A stretch of 49,361 nt of DNA from Octopus bimaculoides (Eukaryota). The position numbers and the translations under genes were made by a program. The notes under the pieces were generated by a model. The model did no database searches. It saw only the letters and a list, made by a program, of their open reading frames with translations, and was not told where the DNA came from. Where the stretch lies: the NCBI RefSeq assembly GCF_001194135.2, contig NC_068990.1, positions 66,949,355 to 66,998,715 of the forward strand, read 5' to 3'. Positions within the stretch are counted from its first letter, which is position 1. Each line of letters opens with the position of its first letter. Shown here piece by piece: positions 11,864 through 20,809 of this stretch.

Positions 11864-11905
11864 TTACTGTTGAAAAGATCTCAAGGATTGAAACCGGTAC
11901 TGTAA
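11864..11905 (+). ncRNA. Putative type I minimal hammerhead ribozyme motif (U3/A8 core variant)
   Basis: ttactg-TTGAAAA-gatc(tcaag)gatt-GAAA-ccgg-TA/ctgtaa: stem I with one U-U mismatch, 4-bp stem II, palindromic ACCGGU stem III. Confidence 0.45.
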
Positions 11906-12657
11906 TNNNNNNNNNNNNNNNNNNNNNNNNNNNNNNNNNNNNNNNNNNNNNNNNNNNNNNNNNNNNNNNNNNNNNNNNNNNNNNNNNNNNNNNNNNNNNN
12001 NNNNNNNNNNNNNNNNNNNNNNNNNNNNNNNNNNNNNNNNNNNNNNNNNNNNNNNNNNNNNNNNNNNNNNNNNNNNNNNNNNNNNNNNNNNNNNNNNNNN
12101 NNNNNNNNNNNNNNNNNNNNNNNNNNNNNNNNNNNNNNNNNNNNNNNNNNNNNNNNNNNNNNNNNNNNNNNNNNNNNNNNNNNNNNNNNNNNNNNNNNNN
12201 NNNNNNNNNNNNNNNNNNNNNNNNNNNNNNNNNNNNNNNNNNNNNNNNNNNNNNNNNNNNNNNNNNNNNNNNNNNNNNNNNNNNNNNNNNNNNNNNNNNN
12301 NNNNNNNNNNNNNNNNNNNNNNNNNNNNNNNNNNNNNNNNNNNNNNNNNNNNNNNNNNNNNNNNNNNNNNNNNNNNNNNNNNNNNNNNNNNNNNNNNNNN
12401 NNNNNNNNNNNNNNNNNNNNNNNNNNNNNNNNNNNNNNNNNNNNNNNNNNNNNNNNNNNNNNNNNNNNNNNNNNNNNNNNNNNNNNNNNNNNNNNNNNNN
12501 NNNNNNNNNNNNNNNNNNNNNNNNNNNNNNNNNNNNNNNNNNNNNNNNNNNNNNNNNNNNNNNNNNNNNNNNNNNNNNNNNNNAACAACAACAGATGAGG
12601 ACAGGTGGTGTAAACAACAAAAGGATGTATTAGTTTGACGCTCGGGAATACAGAAAG

Positions 12658-12694
12658 TCTTTAACGTTTCGAGCTACGCTCTTCAACAGAAAGA
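12658..12694 (-). ncRNA. Putative type I minimal hammerhead ribozyme motif (CUGUUGA core) in a Penelope-like terminal repeat remnant (12584-12720)
   Basis: Minus strand: tcttt-CTGTTGA-a-gagc(gta)gctc-GAAA-cg-TT/aaaga: perfect 5-bp stem I, 4-bp stem II, palindromic ACGU stem III. Confidence 0.55.
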
Positions 12695-12720
12695 ATACGC
12701 AGAAAACAAGGAGAAAAACA

Positions 12721-13836
12721 CAGGGTGCGTAAGGTATTTGAGGACAGGTTTATGTTTATAAAAAAAAAAAAACAGATATATAATAACAGATAATTACTTT
12801 ATTTAACAAAAAATGCTATGAGGATAAAAATAAACTTTCTTTTCTATAATGTTATTCAATACAGCCACCTTCAGCTTCAGCAAGTGCTTCTATATAAGAT
12901 CTAAATCATCTACATGTTTGAATAAAGCGGTCCTGGTTCATTTTGGACATTGCTCTGACGATGGCAGCTTGGAAAGAATCTTTAGTGTTACGGGCGTGTT
13001 CATTGACCTCTCCCTCAGCAATGCTTCACATGTAATAAATAGTCCAATGAATTGAGCTCTGGGGAATTAGGAGGCTAAATGTTAGGGGTTATGTGATCAT
13101 GAAAATTTTCAGCCATCCACTCCTGTGTTACTAGAGCCTTTTGTGATAGTGCCGAGTCTTACTGAAATACACATTTTCTATGCATATCACTTCACCTCCT
13201 CCTCTGCACATAACCATCTGTCATATCTTCTGTTAACTTTTTGATCTTGGTCAAAAATTTTCTTGTTTGAGAAAAACCAAATCAAATCTTCTTCCGCTGT
13301 ATTTTTCAGTTTGTTTACGAACCATTATAGATCTAATGAAGTGATTTTCTTTTGTTTTGCTTTTTCTGACAAATTACCTTTCCTCATCATAAAAAACTTA
13401 TATCTGATGACTTTGTGGACAACATCTCTGACTATTCCTTCTGACACATGGAGATCTTTTGTAATTGACCTCATGGGCTTTCTGAGATTGTAATCAGTGG
13501 TCTGTCGATCTTTCTGGATAAATTCAGGTGTTCTGATGATTTTAGAGTGTTTAGAATGCTTTTTATGCTTTGATACTGGTAATACATTTCCATCTTCAGT
13601 CTCTAACTCCTTACAGACTTTGTAGACGAAAGATCTGGCAACTTTTAAAAATTGAAATATTTCTAAATCGCGATGCTCAGCCTTTATAAACCACAATAAC
13701 AGCATTTTTTCTTCGTTTCTTGAATAAGCTGAGGGTCTGCCATTATTATTTTCTGAAACAAAGATTATATAGAGTCAGCAAAAAGATGCAGCAATTATCC
13801 CAAAAACGTATGTCCACAAATACCTTATGCACCCTG
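12721..13836 (-). mobile_element. Tc1/mariner-superfamily transposon of DD37D (maT) type, internally deleted, dead transposase
   Basis: 26-bp TIRs cagggtgcgtaaggtatttgaggaca / tgtccacaaataccttatgcaccctg (24/26). Minus ORF 13325-13705 gives the HTH region (RTPEFIQK...DLHVSEGIVRDVVH). Downstream frames give WFFSNKKIFDQDQKVNRRYDRWLC, then jump to VFQ*DSA...QEWMAENFHDHITPNI*PPNSPELNSLDY. Confidence 0.9.
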
Positions 13837-14281
13837 TGTGTGTGTGTATGTATATATATATATATATATATATATACATACACACATGTGTATATATATA
13901 TATATATATATACANNNNNNNNNNNNNNNNNNNNNNNNNNNNNNNNNNNNNNNNNNNNNNNNNNNNNNNNNNNNNNNNNNNNNNNNNNNNNNNNNNNNNN
14001 NNNNNNNNNNNNNNNNNNNNNNNNNNNNNNNNNNNNNNNNNNNNNNNNNNNNNNNNNNNNNNNNNNNNNNNNNNNNNNNNNNNNNNNNNNNNNNNNNNNN
14101 NNNNNNNNNNNNNNNNNNNNNNNNNNNNNNNNNNNNNNNNNNNNNNNNNNNNNNNNNNNNNNNNNNNNNNNNNNNNNNNNNNNNNNNNNNNNNNNNNNNN
14201 NNNNNNNNNNNNNNNNNNNNNNNNNNNNNNNNNNNNNNNNNNNNNNNNNNNNNNNNNNNNNNNNNNNNNNNNNNNNNNNNN

Positions 14282-14329
<48 letters not shown>

Positions 14330-14744
14330 GTATACACACACACACACGTATATATATATATACATGATGTAATGTATTAGGTCCGTTTGATTTTACATGT
14401 ATGTTAACATATTGTATTATATCACTGTAACCTTTTTATATTTTTATTCCTCTCTTTCTGTAACAATGAACATCCTGACGAAGGGAGTGTCTAATTTCTA
14501 ATATGAGTACTACACGAAATTAATAGACACATCTCAGGAAAACTTTTAACATTACCTATGTATTGTACGTTTTTTTATATAGTATATAGACATATCCTTT
14601 TATGTACACGTTTTTAATTTAATACATATAAATTTGTTGTCTTAAATTGTTAAATATTTTTATACAACTTGGAAACTATGCATGTTTATAAATATTTTAA
14701 AATAAATATTTTAAACATTCATGATATTTCTGAACTTTATATTG

Positions 14745-14905
14745 TAGGGGCGCCAAATTATAGCCGCCATTGAGGAAGTACTATTCTGCGCATGCGCAGG
14801 GGACTTCACCACCGGAAGCCCCTCGAGTATATGCCTGTATACTTTATTTTATCTTACTTTTTAGACATTTTAGAGACTTTGACGTGTAATCACGGAGATG
14901 TGAGT
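14745..14905. promoter_or_regulatory. Putative CpG-containing housekeeping-type promoter (YY1, ETS, NRF1, ETS motifs) with a downstream GTGAGT donor
   Basis: gccgccatt 14763-14771, aggaagt 14773-14779, perfect tgcgcatgcgca 14787-14798, ccggaag 14812-14818, at|gtgagt 14900-14905; locally GC/CpG rich in an AT-rich background. Confidence 0.5.
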
Positions 14906-15290
14906 TCGAGTCGCACAGCTAACCACCTACACTTTTTTCTGCAAAATAGGGGTAGTTTATCCTGTTCAGGCTATATTATTAGCATTATCCTGCGATTGAG
15001 AATTTAAATATCACTTGTTTAACTTTCTAAGACATATCAACGCTTCTAAAAGCAAACTTCGTTTGTTTGTTTATCGTAATTTGAATTTAATATATTTATT
15101 GATTCTAGAATGATTTGAGCACACACATACACACACATATATTAAATCTTACGTTGGATATACGGTATTGTTCCTGTAGTCTTCCACCCTTATGTATCCA
15201 TTCTTACCATAATTTGAATTCTAGCTCATGCTGAGCACTCCACCTCTAGCCCGTTTCTATGTTTTAACAATATCTATGCAAAAAATTACA

Positions 15291-15335
<45 letters not shown>

Positions 15336-15338
<3 letters not shown>

Positions 15339-15695
15339 TCTCTTTACTTGTTTCCGTCATTTGACTGTGGCCATGCTGGAGTCCTGTCTTTAGTCGAGAA
15401 ACTCGGCCCCAGGACTTATTCTTTGAATGCCCAGTACTTATTCTATCAGTCTCTTTTGCCGAACCGTTAAGTTACGGGGACGTAAGCACACAAGCGATGT
15501 TGGACACACACACACACACACATATATACACACACACACAAATACATATATACGACGGGCTTCTTTCAGTTTGTCTTCTTTCAGGCTTTGGTCGGCCCGA
15601 GGTTATAGTAGACACTTGCCCAAGGTGCCATGCAGTGGGAATGAACCCGGAACAATGTGGTTGGTAAGCAAGCTACTTACCACACAGCCACTCCT
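15336..15695 (-). mobile_element. Type-A SINE, near full length with small deletions
   Basis: Reverse complement of the aggagtggctgtgtggtaagtagcttgcttacc...gaaacaagtaaagagta architecture. Confidence 0.9.
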
Positions 15696-15934
15696 TCCGT
15701 CCGCCACTATCCTCCATGGAACAAATTAAATTTGTGTCCGTGCGAAGAGCCATTTTAACGATGCGTCCTGCCCTAACTCTTCGAAACGTCAGCTGATGAA
15801 GGATATGTTCTCTATGTGGCCTGTGTGTTTTTTGTACCTTCTTTATCATTTTGTCCATGTTTTTTTGCAACGTCATGTACCCAGATATACATCTATATAT
15901 GCATGTAGATGAAGGTATGTACATACATGTACAT

Positions 15935-16000
15935 ATCATCATCATCATCGTTTAACGTCTGCTTTCCATGCTAGCATGGGTTGGACGATTTGACTGAGGA
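15935..16000 (-). mobile_element. Very short 5'-truncated RTE 3' tail
   Basis: (cat)n-cgtttaacgtctgctttccatgctagcatgggttggacgatttgactgagga. Confidence 0.85.
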
Positions 16001-16204
16001 TGCATATACTCATATATTATATATATATATATATATGTTCAGTGTTAACTGTCAGAAAAAGAGTTCTCAAAGCCATAATAGAGATTAATAATGTATTTTA
16101 TTTCGGTTGATTCAGGATCTTCAGACAAGATACAACATAACTTGCTTGGAGATTCTGTGCACCTTTAGCTAAACTCAGAGTAGAAAGAGATTGACTTGAC
16201 TGAA

Positions 16205-16595
16205 ATAAAATAATAAGTATGTTATCATCATAATTTAACATCTATTTTCCATGTTTGTGTAAGTTGGATGGATTGTCAGAGAATAACATCAATCTCTACT
16301 CTTTTGGTATGTTTTTTATGACTGGACACCCTTCCTAATGCTGACCACTTTATAAATTGGACTTGGTGATTTTTTACGTGGCACTAACACCGTCAAATTT
16401 TGCTTTGGCTTGATTTTTATGTCTGGGTGCTGTTCTTAATGTCAATCACTTTTCAGAGCAGTTTAGGTGCTATTTACTTGGCACCATCACCAATGTAGTC
16501 TGCTTTGGCATAGTTTTTATTGCTGTATGCACTTCTAAGCACCAACCAATTTACACAGTGTTCAGGATGCATTTTATGTAGCATCAACACCAACA
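16205..16595 (-). mobile_element. Old RTE-like 3' tail with a triplicated ~95-bp module
   Basis: Three diverged repeats of ttggc/t-atagtttttat-g-ctg-atgc-cttc-taa-gc-aacca-ttta-...-gtgc-tttt. Confidence 0.55.
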
Positions 16596-17373
16596 AGGTA
16601 AACAAAGTAACTTTCAAAATAAATATCCTTTGAAAGGGGTAGGGGAAACTGGTACTGAAAGAGGTGGCTTTATATGAAGTGATGGAAGGTTAGAGTATGA
16701 CAGAAGAACAGAAACAAATGTCTTGCTCTATAAGCGATACATAATTTCCCCAGTCAGAGGGACAGAGTGAGAGAGAGAGAGAGGGGGGGGACAAGAGAAG
16801 GAGAGTGAATGAAGGAGATGGTAGTGATGTACCAGGGCTTCCTCTCATGGGATGAGTATGCGAATATAAATGCAATGGTAGAGGATTGTACAGGGTGTGT
16901 GAGGAGGGAATTTATGTGAATGCAAAAGTAGAGGGAAGTGGAAGAAGTCAGTGACTGGTACATCCTGAGTATATAGTGGAGGGAAGACAGGATTGGGCAG
17001 GGTGAGATAAACATAGTGCACAAAGATGTGAGGAAGAGATGAAGAGATGTAGTTTTGGTTAATGTAGGGTGTGTGAAAAATTTAATGTTACATGTGGGTG
17101 GAACACACACACACATATACACGTGTGTGTGTGTGTGTGTGGATCATCATTAATTTTGTCATCACACATCTACCTCCCATTCTGGCATGGGTTAAATGGT
17201 TTGACAGGATCCAGTCAGTCAGCGGTTTGAGCTCAGACGTTTGTTTTGATATGATTTCTATATGTAGATGTGTTTCTTAATACCAACTATTTTACTGAAT
17301 GTACTGGGTGCTTTTTTTTTAAATACCAGCACTAATGAGGCCACCTCGATACTATCAAGGTGTGTGTGTGTGT

Positions 17374-18872
17374 GTCCTAATAAGTAGAAAGGTAGACAAA
17401 CCACAAACCCCTTCAGGTAGATGGCCCTGCTCGATCTGTAGAAAAGGCGTAGGTAGAAACTCTGTAAGATGTACCCAGTGTAAGCTATGGACACATAAGA
17501 GGTGCAGAAATATCAAAGGACGGTTAACTAGTAAGATAGTTTTTGTATGTAGCAGATGCTCAGGAGCAATAAACACTGGAAATGTGCAGAGAACAACTTC
17601 TGCCACATTCCAGGGAGAAAAACTGGAACTAGTCGATAGTTTCCGTTATCTAGGTGACCAAGTCAGTAGCGGGGGAGGGTGCGCTAAAAGTGTAGCTGCT
17701 AGAATAAGAATAGCCTGGGCAAAGTTCAGAGAGCTCTTACCTCTGCTGGTGACAAAGGGCCTCTTGCTCAGAGTAAAAGGCAGACTGTATGACGTGTGTG
17801 TACGAACAGCCATGCTATATGGCAGTGAAACATGGGCTGTGACTGCCGAGGACATGCGTAAGCTTGCAAGGAATGAAGCCAGTATGCTCTGATGGATGTG
17901 TAATTTCAGTGTGCATACTCAACAGAGTGTAAGTATCTTGAGAGAAAAGTTGGACTTAAGAAGCATCAGTTGTGGTGTGCAAAAGCGACGATTGCATGTG
18001 GTATGGTCATTTGGTGAGAATGGATGAGGATAGTTGTGTGGAAGAGGTAGACCCAGGAAGACCTGGAATGAGGTGGTGAAGCACGACCTTCGAACATTAG
18101 GCCTCACTGAGGCAATGACTAGTGACCGAGACCTTTGGAAAAATGCTGTGCATGAGAAGACCCAGCAAGACAAGTGAGACCATAACCCATGGCCTTTACC
18201 AGGGGTGTAGCCAGACCACTTATGCGTATCTTTCCTTCTTTGGACACAAATACCTGCTTGTGAAGACCTGTTGAGGCAAGTGAAATCGAAATCAAAATCG
18301 AACCACATTTGACGACTGGCACCCATGCCAACCTTCCTTCATTGGACACTAAACTCTGCTTGCGTAGGCCTGTTGGGGCAAGTCAAGTCATAACTGAACC
18401 AAATTCAATGACTGGCACTTATGCCAGTGAAGCACTAACAGCACCATCCAAGCAGGATCACTGCCAGAGCAGTGGTCTGGCTTCCGTGCCAGTGGCATAT
18501 AATAAGCACCATTTGAGCGTGATCGTTGCCAGCGTCACATTACTGGCACTTGTGCTGATGGGATGTGAACAAAACATTCGAGTAAGGTCGTTGCCAGCAC
18601 CACTGGACTGACTCCTGTGCAGACGGCACACAAAAACACCATTTGAGTGTGGCCTTTGCCAGTACCGCCAGACTGGCCCTTGTGCCGGTGGCACATCAAA
18701 GCACCCACTACACTCTCGGAGTGGTTGGTGTTAGGAAGGGCATCCAGCTGTAGAAACTCTGCCAAATCAGATTGGAGCCTGGTGCAGCCATCTGGTTCGC
18801 CAGTCCTCAGTCAAATCGTCCAACCCATGCTAGCATGGAGAGCGGACGTTAAACATTGATGATGATGATGAT
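17374..18872 (+). mobile_element. 5'-truncated RTE-clade LINE: distal RT with inserted PHD finger, C-terminus, repeat-containing 3' UTR, (GAT)n tail
   Basis: ORF 17335-17892: WPCSICRKGVGRNSVRCTQCKLWTHKRC...CSRC, LELVDSFRYLGDQ, RIRIAWAKFRELLPLL, VRTAMLYGSETW; then RGRPRKTWNEVVKHDLR. Confidence 0.92.
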
Positions 18873-19483
18873 ATATATATATATGTGTGTGTGTGTATAT
18901 ATATATATATACATATATATACATAAGTATATATATACACACACACATATACATATGTATATATGCAAACATATAGATGGATACCTACAAATATATAGAT
19001 TTACATGTAGGTATACATGCACACACAATCAAGCATGTACAGGTATGTTTATTTATTTGTATAGTGTGGTTTATTAAATCATGATATATAATGAATGTTT
19101 ATATCTCCTTGTGTCCAGATATATTTCAAAAGACCCATATGTAAATAGGAAATGTATTTATATTCCATGTTTCTTTTTGTAGTTCCATTTCAATATTATG
19201 AACACAGTACAAATGTGGAGATAAATTTTTACCTTTCTTCAATGCATTTGATGTATATTTTGTTAACTATAATGCCTGTTATATAAGGAAAAACCTTATA
19301 ATCAGATTACATCATCAAGTTTTCACAGATTGCATATCAAATGCAAATAGCCTTTTAAGGTATATAATGAACATCAGAAAGTGTTACAGTATCAGCCAAT
19401 ATAATTGGTGGCATGTTGTTAAAAATATATAAATACATGCACACTCCATGCCCACATACATGTGTTTGATATCCACAAGTATA

Positions 19484-19520
<37 letters not shown>

Positions 19521-19530
19521 NNNNNNNNNN

Positions 19531-19567
<37 letters not shown>

Positions 19568-19599
19568 TCGTAAAAAAATGTATTTTGGGTTAAGAGAAA

Positions 19600-20805
19600 T
19601 AATTTCATAAACCATAGAACCAGTTATGCAACTATCTCATTAAGTATGGATATTGGAAATGTAGTTAGAAATGTGAGGCAATTTGCTCATAGTTGGGTCC
19701 TAAGTTTACAAGATTGTTTTCCAATAGGATCTTGTTACTTGCTGTGTTAGATGAACAGACTATAGTGGCTGTAGGATTTCAAAGGGGTACATATTTGAGC
19801 TACTTCAGTCACAATTTTGGGGGTATTGGTGCAATATCTAGGAGTATATCTATATTTATCTGTACTGTAGACAGGATTCATGATTTACTATAAACCAAAT
19901 GTAGGTGCACCTTAGCTTAAGTGTTCCAGTTCTGGTTATGAAATGAAACTTTACTTTGTATCAGTTTTCCTGAGTAGGCTTGAAACCTGTATGTGTGCTA
20001 GTAGTAGTGTGTATTAAAAGTATTGGTAGTTAGGCCTATGTATGCTTTAGTTGATTACTGATAATTGGTATTGTTATTGAGTGTTAGGGAATTTTAATTT
20101 AGAGACACTAGCGGAAGCATTTTGAGAGATTTAAAGTTTTGAAGTAAGAGTTTAGTTGTATTTATGTTGAAAATTTTGTAGCTATGTTGTAATATGGAAA
20201 GTTTCCTAAATAGCTTGAACAAGATTTTGGCTACTGAAGTGGCCACTGCAAAGTTTAGGTGGTGGCTTGATCCAGTTAATATTTCTATTCTCATATCTTA
20301 TTCTATTGTTTATCTGTCTGGATGGTTTTCTATACATTCTATCTTTGGGAACATGCTTCATTGTAGTCTGTAGATGCTCCTGTGATAATTTGCTTATTTG
20401 CTGGGTGTATTGAAAATCTATGGGTGATATTTGTTGCTAAGATATTAAATATATTTTTGACTGGTTGGAGTGTTTGATGATGTAACATCATGTTTTGTTC
20501 AGTTTAGGAACTGTATAGTGCTATGAGTTTGTTAAATTAAGTATAAAGTCTTGAGAATTAAAAGTAAATTGGTTAGTCTCAATGGCAATAGACTGTGGCC
20601 TGAAATTCCTAAGCAAGAGAAGTCCACCGTCTTAGTATAATTCATTGGTTGAAAATTTAGAATATTGGTTTGGCACTAAATATACACCTATTAAATTGCT
20701 TATCTCCACCAAATCTGTGGAGCACATTTTTTTTTATCTTTGAATGCTGCTTTTTAATCCAGACTGAATTATTGTAGTTTACCAAAGTTTTCTTGGCATG
20801 TAGGA
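19600..20805 (-). mobile_element. Penelope-like element, degraded C-terminal half (RT motif 4-5 region, thumb, linker, GIY-YIG endonuclease)
   Basis: Minus translations: HAKKTLVNYNNSVWIKK; EISNLIGVYL...LY*DGGL (YRDD-like); RNINWIKPP / VATSVAKILFKL...YKIFNINT; YIGLTTNTFNTHYY*H at ~20042-19995. Confidence 0.75.
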
Positions 20806-20809
20806 TAAC

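Larger units (their letters stand above)
11272..11906. repeat. Long inverted repeat (foldback): arms 11272-11545 and 11643-11906, 97-bp spacer; right arm runs into an N gap; probably inverted Penelope-like terminal repeats
   Basis: The reverse complement of the right arm aligns to the left arm end to end, with about 17 small differences plus a 10-bp indel (aaagaagaag) by eye. Confidence 0.95.

Noticed and set aside
15744-15799. gaagag/ctcttc stem + GAAACGTC + CTGATGA as a complete hammerhead
   Set aside because: No CUGANGA upstream of the stem, and only 2 nt lie between the cleavage triplet and the downstream CUGAUGA, so stem I cannot form; at most a rearranged remnant.
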